A model generated the notes under the pieces. It did not search any database and had not been told where the DNA came from. It saw only the letters and a list, made by a program, of their open reading frames with translations. The translations under genes and the position numbers were made by a program. From positions 558,001 through 622,000 of the forward strand of contig MU058836.1 in NCBI GenBank assembly GCA_013265495.1: 64,000 nucleotides of DNA, written 5' to 3'. This DNA is from Vicugna vicugna (lineage: Eukaryota). This document shows, piece by piece, positions 23,116-36,770 of the stretch (position 1 is its first letter; every line of letters starts with the position of its first letter).

Positions 23116-26100
23116 TCTAGGGTGGGATAGATGTCGGGGACTCAGCTAAGTGGCCACTACAAGGGGAAAGGCAAGGGACTCACATGTTCCTTCAAAGACC
23201 TTGGCTGTTTCTCATACGTCCCCTTTTTAATGCTCTCATCCACGCGCCAGGTGTATGCGCTTACCTTCTTTGTACTAATAAGAAAACAGAGGCTCTGGGA
23301 GGTATCCACTGCCCAGGGCCCCACATCTCTACTGTGCTGCAAAGCCCCGAATTTTTTTTATCACTCTACACTCCAGACTCAGAGTCAAGTGGAAAGACAG
23401 AAGCTGTGCCCAGAGAGAGGATTTCCAGTGTTAAATATCTTAGATATGGCAACATTGCTTTTGAAGGGTTACACGCTTGGTTGGCTTCAATGAAGACCTC
23501 TAGGACTGAGGACCGTGAGAGCATCCGTTGAAAACATGATCAAAAGCAGAGTCCTCAGACAGGTAGGTTTCCCTGGGGAATCATTCTGGAAACAGCCAAT
23601 TGGGTTGAGGGGGGTAGGTCAGGGACCAGATGCTGAGGGGTCCTGTGACAAACCACACAAATTAAACAGTGGGTGAGGGAGGCTGGGTGAGGAGCCAGCC
23701 TGCCTGAATAAGTTGGCTCAGATGTGGTTATTTTCTTTCCCTCCTCCTCTTACATCACACCAAGTGTGGAGACAGATACCTGCCCACCATCTGTCCCTAA
23801 AGAGCTACAGCTCCACACGTCATTCTCTAGAAGGCAGGAGGGAGCCAGATGGGGTGATGTGTACTTTCTGCCTGGGCATTCACAGAATGGGAATCTATGA
23901 GCTGGAAGCAACACGAGTGATCATCTAGCCATTCTGAAGCAAAGAAAGATCCAGGGACGCCAAGTTTACTTGCCCTGGGATGGTAGGAGAGTTAGACTTG
24001 AATGAAGTCCCTCGTCTCCCAGACCAGTGTCCTCCCCACTGAACTGGGCTGCCTTCCATCGTCTAGTTGACGATAAAAACTTAAACCCGATGTCTTCTCC
24101 CTCCCTAAGAGAACCCCAACCCCACTGGATTTGGTGTCCCAGAACGGGTGAACATTCTCCCAGTGTCCCCACTGAACTGGCCGTAAGGTCTCCTCAGGGC
24201 CAGTAATGCCAGAACATTCTCCATCTCTCTGCTTCCGCCTTTAGAAAGCAGGATCTGCATGAACTATATTTCAGTTTTACTCTCCAGCTGTTCCCTTATG
24301 GTGCCAACAGTCACCTCTAGGAGCTCAATGTCATTTTGTGCTTTAGCCATTCAATCCCCAATACATATTAATAACACATGGCTGAACCATCAGGGATTAT
24401 TGGAGTTGAAGACGTGGGGGGCAGAAGTGGTCCAGAATGACAGCTGCTCTTTATTTAGGGCAAACCTGATTGTAATTCTTAAAGAACATTGAACTAGATA
24501 TTGAACTCAGAGTCTGAGTCAAAAGAATGCGAAGATCTGAAGGAGCCCCACCGTGGATTCTGAAACTTAGAGAAATACAGCGGCTGCTCTGCCTTCCTAC
24601 TCCCATCCCAGGCACGCGAGTGCTTATCTAGCTTGACTTTGAATCCTGGGTCTTGGTGACCAAAGATGAACCTATACTGCAGGAATTTCCAGAACCAGTC
24701 TCTAGGCCTGGTGCACCAGAGGCTGGAACCTAGCCGACAGGAAAAAGCAAATGGAATTAGTTAACTCCCACCACTCACAGGAGAAGACTTGCAAGATGCT
24801 GTTAGGAATGTTGGATGCTGAGTGCAACTGGAGGGGTGGTAGGACACGGACATAGTCAGGACTCACCGCCTCCAACAGGAACACTGTTCTAAAGTGTGTC
24901 TAATACTCTTTAAGTCATTCCTGCATTCGGTGCCCTGGGTAGGTGGTTAATTGCACTTTGGTCTAGTCCGCTTCTCCTCCCCATAGATCATCATGCTTTA
25001 AGGGTGGAGATTTGAGTTGAACTCATCCTTCACTCCCTAATAGCACACTCCAGGGCCTGGACCAGGGTGAGGCTGGCCAGCACCTCAGCACGAAATTTAA
25101 GGAAGCACTTACCCTGAGAGTCCTTGAATTCTAGGCACCAGATTGCTTCACCCTATTCCCTACACCATCGCCCTCCTGAGTATCTGACATGCAGGACCTA
25201 GGCGGTGAGTATTTGTTTGCATAATGTTCACTCCATTACTTGAAATCCTCCAATATCTCCCCAACACCTACAAGATAAATTCCAAACTCTTGAATGTGGC
25301 GAAACAGAGCCCTTTGTGAGCTGGCTCCTGTCCCCATCCCTAGCATCAGAGACCTCTCCTCTTTGCCTTATTCTACTCTCCAGCAATCCTCAACTCCTTG
25401 GGGTCACGACTTCCCACGGGGTAGAACAGATTTGGTATTCAGTGAAAGATCGCCAAGTGAACAAATGTTAGATCTGAAACACTATTAATACACTGATGCC
25501 AAATGGTGGGGGAACTAAAAGACCCAAGGAAGAGGTGTGGCAGCAGCTAAAAGCACAGGGTCTGGGTACTGTCTCCATCAGGAGCTATGTCCATGGACAA
25601 CTAATTTTCCCTAAGCCTCACTTACCTCCTTTTAAAAAAAATTAAAAAGCACCTATTTCATTGGTTGCTGCGCAGATTAAAAAAAATAGTTCACATAAAT
25701 CCTTAGCGCAGTGGTTGACTCATAAGTGCTCAATAAGTGGTCATTAATGTTCTTACAAATTGGAAACGAAATCCAAGCTTAGGGAAGTATTTATAAATCT
25801 ACTGATGACCGCTGAATTTCAGGAGGTGACAGTGACATAAAGCTAGCACTTAGCACTCATCCTAAGAAGTCCAAGTTCTCTCTTTGACGGGTGCCTGCCA
25901 AGACCAGGATTGAGTGACATCTTTCCAGGCTGCAGACTTGTGCTAGAAGATACCACAGAAGAATAAAGGTACAGAGTCTGGGTTTCCATGTATCAGTAGC
26001 AAGACCCTGCACCAGAATTTGTTGCTTCATTACTTAGTGTCTGAGCCTAGAAGAAAACATGTAAATTACACAGAAAGGCACCATATTGTTGGAGGCAAAT

Positions 26101-26799
26101 GAGACCTTCATTATCCCTGTGTGAACAGGGCTTAGCCAACAGAGCAGAGAGAAACAGTAAACCCATCAAGGTCTGGCGGCACAGATGGGCACTCAAGAAG
26201 TTTCCAGGGACCCTCAGAGCAGGGCCAAACGCTGTCTTTATTCAAGCAGTTAACACATGGCTGGGCACGTGGTATCCCTGACGATCTGCTTCTCTGCAGC
26301 CTTCTCCAGGGGAGGCTGATCATCGACCCACAATCATCACCACCATGCCGTTAAAACACATAGCCCACATCACCCAGGTGGTTCGTATTCTCCTAATCCC
26401 CCACTGCCATTGATAGGAATTTCCACACCCATGTGATTCAAAGACCCTCCTGTCTCCAGGAGTTGCAATTATAACATTGTGGAGGCTGTAGGCTATGCCA
26501 TGTCTCCTATCCCCACCTCTCTTACATACTGACTATATTCAAATTTATCCCCTGAGTTTACTGGGAACCATGGCACCCAGTGCCTGGCATGAAGCAGATA
26601 CTCACTCAGCTTTTGCTGAATGTTGGCATTGGCTCACAGCCTTACTCTCCACCTCCCACCCCATCATTGCCATCTCAGATGCCCTCAAGATTTGTAAAAG
26701 CATCTTATCTTCCAAAGTCTTGCTTTACCTATTTCCATATCCTTCTCTGCCATTCCAGGAACTCATGTTTATGATCAGCCAACATCTACCTCTAAAACC

Positions 26800-27670
26800 T
26801 TGACCTTGAAAAATCATCCATCTGACTCAACTTTTGTTCCTTCCCCTCTCCCTTTCTTCACAAACTTGACCCAAACCATCACCCCTCTTCTCAAGTCCTG
26901 TCTTACATCTGTTCTCACTCTACCCCAGTCATGTCTTACATCCCATAGTAAAGGGCACCACATACAAATTCCCCCAGATCCCTTCGCAGTCATCTCCAAA
27001 ATTAACTACATTTTTATCTACTGTTATTTCCTCTCTTGTGGTCCCTTAGGAAAGGAAACATCTTTTCAAAGTTAATCCCTCTGCTCTTGCATCTTATCAT
27101 TATCTCCTTGAAATACTGCACATTTCAGCAAACTGTCTCTTTCTTCCATGACTGTCTCTATAGTTACCTCCTATTTGTCAAACCCAGTCAACTTTCAGTT
27201 CTTAACCTTAGTTGATTTATCTGAAGCTTTCGACAAGGTTGACCACATCCTTCTACTTAGAATCTTCTTCTTTGTCTTCTGAACTAGCATTGATCTTGGG
27301 TTTTTCTCTCATCTGGGCTGTTAGCTTTCTCTGGCCACTCTTTAAGTTCTGATATTCCTGGGGGATTTGTCCTGGATCCCTTTCTGATCTCACTCTGTAC
27401 CCTCTTCTTGGTTCATGGACACGCTCACATGGCTTCCACTCTATCTGTCCCTGTATCAGGACTCACAAAATCAGTACCTCCAGCCAAAACTTCTCCCTTG
27501 AGCTTCAGGCCCAAATATCCAAATATACATGGATGGAAACCACCTGGATTTCTCTCAGGCCCTCAGCACACTCCAGACCCTGTGCTGTCTCTTTCCCCAT
27601 CATACCCACTCTGCTCCTGAATGCTCCATCTCACTAGATGGTCCCATTGCCCAGCCAGCTGAGGCTCAGA
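26800..27670 (+). mobile_element. L2 LINE with RT-domain remnant
   Basis: ~27214 reads DLSEAFDKVDHILLL, the L2 'LDLSAAFDTVDHSLLL' motif; L2-like downstream sequence. Confidence 0.8.
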
Positions 27671-28942
27671 CATGGGAGTGACTAGGCCACAACCCGGTCT
27701 AGTGTTTTTCCTTCTCTCACTGAGATTGGGTAAGGAAAAGCTGGGCCACTGTCGACTGACTGCAACAGTTAGTTTTAACCTGAACAAGGAGGCATTTTCA
27801 TCCAGGACGGAAAAGAGGCTGTTACTAAGAAACGGACTGGGAGGTAGGGGCCTCTGGGGTCTTGAAGAGAGAAAGAAATAGAAGTTGAGAAATGATCTCT
27901 GGTATTTAGCCAACAGGAGGGTCATGTTGTTGATCAACACCACTGAAGAGTTTCCATCGGTGCACTCTGCCTCCCTGACAACTTAACCATCTCACCATAG
28001 TGACCCTCACCTCTTCCTCCCTTGTGCTTTGGGATTTATGCACATGTCTCAGATCCTCTAGTATGCTATGGGCTCTGGAATGATGAGGCCACGTCTGATT
28101 CCTGCTACTCGCCCAATAAACAAAGCCTGACACTAAGGAGGGACACAAGAAGTGTTTGTGGAATAGAAGGATAAATAGATGGTTAGGTAAATGAATAAAT
28201 GTATGATGAAAGGAAAGAACCAATGAATGAATTAATGGATTGAGTTGAAAACGAGAACCCACAGATGATGGTAAGAATCCCAAGCAGTCATTACAGACAG
28301 TGATGAGATAGTATTCACTGCAGAGCATGACAGACAGAATAAACCCACTGAGACTAAGATGATGCCAAAATGCAAATATGGTTCCAGGTCTGAAAACAGA
28401 GAAACACTCCTCAGGTCCCAATAACCCCCGTGTTTAATCCCAATAACCCTAGAGTCACCATATGTGGATGTGGGCACTGGTTTTCTGGAACTGTTCACTT
28501 TTATGAAGTCCTAATTCTTCCTCCTAATCATTAATAAACAGCCACAACACAACACTGTAATGGAGAATAATTGTGGCACACTCACAAGGTGCCATGCATT
28601 CTTCAAGTATCTCATGTAATTCTCACACAACAACAATATGAGACAAGTATTTATCCCATTTTATAGATGAGGAAAATGAAGCTTAGAAAAGTTAGCTTTC
28701 TTAAGGTCACTCATCCACTAAGTACCAGAGCCAGAATTCATCAAACCCATGTCATCTGGCTTCAGAGCCATCTCTCCTAATCACTCTCCCATCAAGCTTT
28801 GCAGCAACACGTTCCCATGGCTGGCTATGACAGTAAGTGTCCATTCATTGAGTACTTGCTATGTGATGTGCCAAGCACTCTATGGACATTGAATCTGTGA
28901 TAATCTCACGCCCAAGGCATTATTTTGGTCCTCATTTTATAT

Positions 28943-29064
28943 GCTACTTATGTGTATATATATTTTTTATTAAAGTATAGTCAGTTTACAATGTTGTGTC
29001 AATTTCTGGTGTACAGCACAATACTTCAGTCATATAGGAACATATATATTCATTTTCATATTCT
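28943..29064 (-). mobile_element. Short camelid L1 3' end inserted in a MIR, with TSD
   Basis: 3'UTR 'aagtatagtcagtttacaatgttgtgtcaatttctggtgtacagc' flanked by tggtcctcattttata / tgatcctcattttata. Confidence 0.85.
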
Positions 29065-30819
29065 GATCCTCATTTTATAAACAAAGATGCTAAGGATCAT
29101 GGGCTCAAGTGACACCACTAGAAAATGGCAAAGCTAGAATCTGAAACTGAGTTGGTTTATTGCAAAACCCATGCTCTTACCACAATATACTACATCCCAG
29201 CAGCAGCACTCGTAATTTTTTCTCTTGTTCAATAGATGGTTGTGGGGTCATAGAAGGAGCCCTGTATTTGAAACTGGATTATCTGTGTTCTATTTCTGTT
29301 TCTTCCATTTAGGTCCACACCTTGGGCAAGTCATTCAACATTGCTGGGTCTGTTTCTTCATCCATAAGACAGAGTTAATGATGCCCCTTGTAGAATGATG
29401 GTAAGGGTTAAATGAGAAGTCAATGTTGATGAAAGCACCGTGCAAACCTTTATTTCTGTGAAGTAGAATGGGGTAAATAGATGTGATCATGCTCGTCCTG
29501 GGAGTGGATAAAATGAGTCTCCCAGAGATTAAGTGTCTGGTCTAACAATCTCACAGAGAATCCGTTCATTAGACCACGAATCAAGCCCAGATGTCCCAAG
29601 GCAGCAGTCTAAGTGCCTTCTGCTAGCTGGCCAGGGATGGTTATTTTGCCAGGATGAGGTTCTGCCAGCCCCACAGTGCTTCTTCAGTTTCATGTACAGC
29701 ATCTCTTCCCCCTCCCACACCACCTCGCTCTTTCACGGCCCCTTGACATTCAGGGTAAAAGTCTTTTCCCATCTTTCCTTGGCTTAACTGTTGAATTAAG
29801 TGGTCTTGTTCTGTTAAAGAGTCCTTTCCAGGATGAGCAGTCTGAGAGGAGGCAGCGTGAGTCTGGTCAGGCATGCTTGTCAAGTGCAGGAGACCATCTG
29901 CTAATGAACATCCATCGTTTTGGAGCTGCTTGGGACTAAGCCATTATCTGTGTGCTCTTCACCTGACCCTTTATGGGCCAAAATTCATTCATTCCAATTC
30001 CAGGCTTAACTAGGAAGGCTTTACAACTCCTTTCTCCCCTGGTGTCATTTCTCTTCAATCTCCAGGACCCATTATGCAGCAATTTTGCTTTCTCCAATTT
30101 CATTTTCACTTTCAAAGTGAATGTCATTTGTCAGGCAAACCACATATTCTTTGGATCCCTATCTGTTAAATTGTTTCTGAACTTGACTTTTTTGGGGGCC
30201 CCATTCTGGCTGACCTAAATTCTTCTCTGTCTTCTACCATTTCCCCCTTCTCTCTGAAGGCAGCCAATTGTGGCTTCATTGCCTTAAAGAAGCTGTTTCT
30301 GGAAGCACTTATCTGTTACCCCAGTTGGAAAGTTATCATTCCTATCTAAATTAGCTAGTGTGATCTTTTATCTGAACTCCAGGCAGAACTGATCCTTTGT
30401 ACGAGAACGCCCCATCAGGTTTCAGACCCATCCACAGCATCATTCTCAGATGATTCTCTTTGGAACTAAGATTCAAATCTTTCAAATGCAAAGATCATTT
30501 CTGTAGCCCCTTTTTAAAAGAGCATGCCACTCTTGCAGAGATGATGCCTGGAATCCCAATTAGGCCAGCTCTTGCCCCAAGACCATCTCAGAGGAACTGT
30601 CCTATGGGTCTTTTCTGCCCTTGTATTGCCAACTATAGAGAGAATGCGTGATGGGGGCAGGGTAGGGGGAGCAGCCTCAGAGTAGCAAGGAATGACTTCA
30701 CACAATTCATCTCCAGGAGTAGCAGCAAAGAGATTGTGCAGTGAAACCATGGCAGTTAACATATGTCAAAACTGATCTCACAAGGGGGCTGGCAGCCTTC
30801 CTCCACCCCAGGTTGGACA

Positions 30820-30975
30820 GACAATGGGTAGAGTGTTGAGCTGGGTTGGAAGTACCCCGATTCCAGAGGATGTGACACATGTAAAGTCCACCAAGAATAA
30901 CCAAGCTGGAGAAGAGACCAAACTGTGCAAAGGATGGTTTAAAGAACTGGAATGTTTAGCCTGGAAAGGAGATCT
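30820..30975 (+). mobile_element. L3/CR1 3' fragment
   Basis: 'ggatggtttaaagaactggaatgtttagcctggaaaggaga' matches the L3 'YEERLKELGMFSLEKRR' coding segment. Confidence 0.65.
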
Positions 30976-31974
30976 TTTGTGGGGATAAGCAGGGTGGAAA
31001 ATTTTATCTCAGACTGCTGTTTTACAAATTAGAAACCTGAGACTTGGAGAGCACAGACCCAGGGAATAACCAGAGTGAACTACCAGAGTGAACTTTTTAA
31101 AGAACAAATGAGATCATTTTGCTTTACCGCTTAAAACCCGCCAATGACTCTCTCACTGCTGTTAGAATAAAGGGCCAACCTAAAGCCACAACTCCAAGAC
31201 CCCACATAATGGTGCTGGCCCCCCTGTACTTAGCAGAGGAGCAGCTAAGATGGTGCAATCAAGAGATCCCCTACTACCATGGTTTAGACAAGTAGACGTT
31301 GATTTCTTTGCCTTATTATAAACAACACTACAAGTTGCAGACCAGGCCAGGCTTCAGTAGGAGCCAGTGAGCAGAAACTGTCAGCTGAATCTCCAGGAAC
31401 ATAGCCATGAATGAAAAAAAAAAAAAGATGCTTGCCTACTTCATCTACATGGAGGAGAGTAACAAGAGTAGACTGGACCAGAAACTGGAGGGTGGCCAAC
31501 AGCTCGAGTAAGGATGAAGCATGTTTTAGGGAGGAGGTATGATGCTAATGCACAGGTGGTATGTGCTACAGTGAAGCACATGAAGACTGTTCAGTTTGAT
31601 TGTAAATAGAAAAGTTTGAATGATGAAAAAAAGTCAGAGATGAGCCATCAAGGGCAGGCCAGGAGGCTCTGTCATTCGTCAGGTGGCTTCTGTATCTGGA
31701 TGTAGGTTGGTACCTTTAGAAGCCTTCACGTTTCAGTGTCTAAGTATCAGCTCCTTGGGGAGGCACCCCCTGCACCCCCATCTAAAGGCCCTGGCCCACC
31801 ATATCTCATCATATCTCAGCTTGACACCATGCTCGCTTCTTTCACAGCACTTACACAACTTCTACTTTTTCATTTGATTTAATTATTTTGTCTACCTTTC
31901 CTCCTCATCCTCACCCCACTAGACTATAACTCCATGAAAGTAAAGTAAGGATCTTGTATGTCCTGCTCACACTA

Positions 31975-32492
31975 CCTTATTAGTTCTCTGTTACTGCTTA
32001 ACAAAGTGCCCTAAAACAGTAGCTTAAAATACTAAACATTTGTTATCCACAGTTTCTGTGGGTCAGGAATTCAGAAGCAGCTCTAATAGGTGGTGGATAA
32101 GAGTCTTTCAAGATGTTGCAGTCAATCTGTCAGATGGGCTGCAGTTATCTGAAGGCTGGGTTGGGGCTGAAGAATCTATTACAAAATGGCTCGCTTGCAT
32201 GGTGTTGGTAGGAGGCCTCAGTGCCTTCCCACCTGGGCCTCTCCAAGCACTGCTTGAGCATCCTCACAACACGGCAGCTGGCCTCCCACAGTGTGAGAAT
32301 TCCAAGAGGAAGCAAAGCAGAAATCACTGTGCCTTTTACGACCTGGCATGGAAGTCACAGACTGTCATTTCTATAATATTCTATCAGTCACACAGGTCAG
32401 CTCTAGTCTCTGTGTAAGGGAGCCACACAAGAGTGTGACTATCAGAAAACAGGGATCATTGTGGGCCATCTTGAAGGCTGGCTAATACTGCT
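31975..32492 (-). mobile_element. MaLR LTR (MLT1E/F-like) inserted in an L2 3' end
   Basis: 'tattagttctctgttactgcttaacaaagtgccctaaaacagtagcttaaaa...cagtttctgtgggtcaggaattcag...gggccatcttgaaggctggcta'; L2 tail resumes to 'gaatgaatgaa' ~32560. Confidence 0.8.
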
Positions 32493-33288
32493 CCATCCCT
32501 CAGCAGCCAACATAGTATTGGCATATGGTAGGCACTTAATGTAATGGTTGTTCAATGAATGAACAAAGGGTGAGAGCTTAAGTAAATTCAAAACTATCAA
32601 GATTAGTAATTGAACATAGTCTTGAAATCAAGTCTTCAGTCTCCTGCTAAGTGCGACTTCCCTACACCACAAGGCCCTCTTTAGGCCTCTGCCCACCATG
32701 TTCTGTCTTTTCCAGGACTCTGGCGTGCAGGCCTGTCTCTCGCAGCCTGCATCAGCCTGCAACCCAGCCTGATGGCCTCTCCAGCCAAGACATGCATTTG
32801 CTGGGATATATCACTTTCGTGCCTGGCAAGGAGAGAGCAGGAACCCTGGGAGGCTGAGGGGCTGTGAAGGCCTGACAGATCCACAGGCAGCGTTTGACAA
32901 TCTAAGGCCAAGATTTGAAACTTCAGTGTGCAGAAGAATCAGCCAGGGAGTTGGGTGACATGTCCAGAGGGGGACCCAGGACTCTGCAATTAGGTGGGCT
33001 GGTGGGAAGTTCTCACTGTCAGTGGATACAGGACAAGCGCTCCCACCGCTCAGGCTCCTTTGCACCACTGCACACATCCTTCCTGAGTGTGTCCATAGAG
33101 GGGTGGGTGGGCTTGGGAAGAGGAGGCCCAGCCATAAAGCTGCCAGGGTAGGAGAATTTATATAAGCTCACCAGGAAAATTAAGCCTGGGGACGGAGAGC
33201 AAGAGGACAAGAGGTTCCTTAGTAGTTCATTCGTGTGAAACACAAATGTTGGGTGGTTGTGTTTTTTTGATTTTTTTTTTGCAGGGGC

Positions 33289-33315
33289 TGTGTGTGTGTG
33301 TGTGTGTGTGTGTGT
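33289..33315. repeat. (TG)n microsatellite
   Basis: direct reading. Confidence 0.95.
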
Positions 33316-33984
33316 ATAAGTCTGCTTCCTCTGGTATCCAACTGGGATTTGATTCATTTAACTTGTTCAGAGTCAGTTGCAATAAACCAGGTGGTTTTGC
33401 ATTGCTCATGCAAATCACTTTCTCCTCACACATGGCTATAGTCCCAGCTGCCAAAATGTTGTCATGTTCTTGTCTCCAGAGCCTTAATAAGAAGCAAAAC
33501 TACAGCCTGCTGCATGTATGTTCTCAATAGTCTCTGCGGTCATCACTGAGCCTGTGGTCACTGCCACCCTCGTCAGTGGGCCAGTTCAAGCCAGGAGAAG
33601 AGGTGTACGGATGCCAGTGGGGCTGAAGGGCCAGGGCTCTGGCTCCTGGGCTCACAGGTTTTGCTGACCTACTCAGAGTATCCCTTATTAGAGCCAAAAG
33701 AACCTTGAGTACGGAGACTAAAATCTCCAATTCCAGTCCTGCCTTTCTATTACCAACTGGATTTGGGCTTGAACTAACAGTGGCTTAGTGCCCCAGTTCT
33801 TGAAAGAATTAATAAGACAATCAAAGTCAGCTTCTCTGTTTTTACTTCGTGGTGCAGAAAAAGATATTTGTACAGTACACTGGGGAAAATGTGAATGGTT
33901 ACCTGCGGCCAAAGATGATCTCTAGAGGGTTTTAGTCACTCCAGCCTCTGACCATACACCCTATGGAAAAAGTAAACTGATTGC

Positions 33985-34335
33985 TCACCCAAATTAGGAG
34001 CCCTCCCAGCAAGAGGATTATACTTACTCACCCTGTGGACTCTTCCACGGTCATATATCTTGCTTTGGCCAAAGAGATGTGAGCAGAAAAGACGTGCTAC
34101 TTCCAAGCAGAGTCTTTCAGAGCCAGTACACAATCTGCCTTGCTCTTTTCCTCTATTACAGTGACCAGCAATGTTCTTTATACCAAAGTGAAGACTGCAT
34201 GCCATATGGCCATTGGAGCAGAGCCACAGCCAGCTCACAATGGCCACAGAACATGAGCAAGGAATGAACTTCTTTTGTTTTAAGAGATTTGGGTGTTATT
34301 TGTTACTGCAGCAAAACTCATGCCATCCTGACCAT
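33985..34335 (+). mobile_element. MaLR LTR (MLT1I/J-like)
   Basis: 'ttgctttggccaaagagatgtgagcagaa...gagatttgggtgttatttgttactgcagcaaaac...tcctgac'. Confidence 0.7.
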
Positions 34336-35170
34336 GCCATGACACATCCAATGGGACCCTTTGTTCTCAAGGAAAACTCTAGTTAATTGAGAGTACAATG
34401 TTAGGCACTCACATATACAAGCAGCAATGTCGTATGAATCATTTTTTCGAGTTTCTATCAGTGCTGTCCTCTGTGGGGTTCAGCTTAATCACCAAGCTTG
34501 TAAAGAGATGACTGAGAATTGTAGTTACCATATCCACACAAAAAGAGATCATCTCTTTTTATGTCTCTTTCATAGAGAATTAAAATTTTCCAGAAGCTCA
34601 GCTGAAGTTTCTGTAGCATATAATTATAACAATAAGAAAGAGCATGGCTACAGTCACCTAGTATGAGTCCAAGTCCTCACTGGGTGATCTTGGGCAAGGG
34701 GTTTAATCTCATTTCTACATCTGTAAAGTGGGAATAACAATAGGACCCAACTCAATGGATCGATGCCAGGAATAAACAAGTTAGTACCTGTAAGGGCTCT
34801 GGACCAGCACCTGGCACATAGTACACATTTTGTACATGTTAGTGGTGAACATCTGATGTATTCTTGGCCTCCCATTTTATAGCTTTTCACTAGAAATCTT
34901 CTAAGATTAGAAGTCCCACCTTCATCTCCCTTATAGCAAATTTATCTATGGCCAATCTTAACCCAGAATTATACAGGGAAGGGAACTCAGGGAAGCATAG
35001 TTCCAGCTTAGCTAGATTCACACAAAGCACAGCTATCACAGTCCGGAAGGGCAGAGATGTCAGACTGGGCTGCCAGGCTAAGGGTTTAGGGGACAGAGAA
35101 AAGTCTCAGAAAATTTTTGTTTTCAAGTGGACATGGCTTGATCGGCTTTGCATTTAAAAAGATCTCCTAG

Positions 35171-35965
35171 AAGAGTGTGGAGGTTCTCTAAAAAACTAAA
35201 AATAGAGTTACCATATGACCCGGCAATCCCACTTCTGGGCATATATCCAGAGAAAACTCTAACTCAAAAAGATGCATGCACCCCAGTGTTCATATCAGCG
35301 CTATTTACAATAGCCAAGACATGGAAGCAACCTAAATGTCCACCAACAGATGACTAGATAAAGAAGATGTGGTATATATATACAATATATATATATATAT
35401 TATATATATAATATACATACACGCACACATATTCATACATACATACATACATACATACACACAATGGAATACTACTCAGCCATAAAAAAGACTAAAATAA
35501 TGCCATGTGCAGCAACATGGACAAACCTAGAGATTACAATACTAAGTGAAGTCAGACAGAGAAAGACAAATATCATACGATATCACTTATATGTGGAATC
35601 TAAAAGAAAATGATACAAATGAACTTAGTTATAAACCAGAAATAGACTCACAGACATAGAAAACAAAATATAGTTACCAACGGGGAAAGGGGTTGGGGGG
35701 AGGAATAAATTAGGAGTTTGGGATTAACAGATACACTCTACTATCTATAAGACAGATAAATAGCAAGGACCTACTGTATAACAAGGGAATTATATTTGAT
35801 ATCTTGTAATACCCTATAATGGAAAAGAATCTGAAAAAGAATATATATATGTATATGTGTAAGTGAGTCACTTTGCTATACACCTGAAACTAACACAACA
35901 TTGTAAATTAAATTTTACAATTGAAATTTTATTTCAATATAAACAAACAAACAAACAAACAAACA
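35171..35965 (+). mobile_element. 5'-truncated L1 (ORF2 end + 3'UTR, (AAAC)n tail) inserted in an L2
   Basis: '[28 protein letters not shown]'; tail aaacaaac; degenerate TSD aaaagatctcctag / ataggatttcctag. Confidence 0.92.
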
Positions 35966-36489
35966 AATAGGATTTCCTAGGTGCCAGGGTGAAGAATAAC
36001 TGGTGGGGCAGGGGTGGGAACAGGAAGCAGGAAGAACCAACTGTTGCCATATTTTGTAATTTCTAAGGTACAGTTTCAAATCCTGTGGAACAAGGTGAGA
36101 TTAAGAATGCACAAGTAAACAATTGCCAGGGTAATTTTACTAGTGATTCTGATACAACACAAAACAAAATGTATGTGCACACACCAGATTAAGGTAATTC
36201 TGTTTTAAAGAGGCATTCAGCCTGCTTAATTAGTTTCCTAAAAGGTAGTGTTGTTATCGATTTCATTCTGAATTTTTGCCATGAAAATTTATCAACTGAT
36301 CAGAATAACTGACTTCTACTTTCTCCTCATGTACAATGTAGAAAAAAGCTGTGAAAGATGTTGAATCCACTTTCCCAGAACCAAAGAGCTTTTTGACTGA
36401 TGGCTGTAGACCCATGTGTCAAGTTCAGCTCTGAAAAATACATTTGGAAGTAGGAGAGAAGGAAACAGTCACCTCACGGAACATCCCTC

Positions 36490-36770
36490 TGCACTGAGTA
36501 TCCATCCACATGTTCCCCTCTCTCCCCCGGCTTTCTTTGCGATCACTTGGGCTTGTGTGGCCAACAGATGTGAACATACTTGGAGCTGGGGTGCCTCCTT
36601 CTGTATTCTATTCCCTACCGGTTGACATGGAGGTGACGGATGACAGAGCTACAAGATGAGGAGTGTTGTCTGACCAGGATGGGACTTCATGTGAATAGAG
36701 AAATGAGTTTTCACTATGAAAAATAATTGGGGATTTGTTACCTCGGCATGGCCTAGCATATCCTGACTAA
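36490..36770 (+). mobile_element. Old MaLR LTR fragment
   Basis: terminal 'ggggatttgttacctcggcatggcctagcatatcctgactaa'. Confidence 0.55.
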
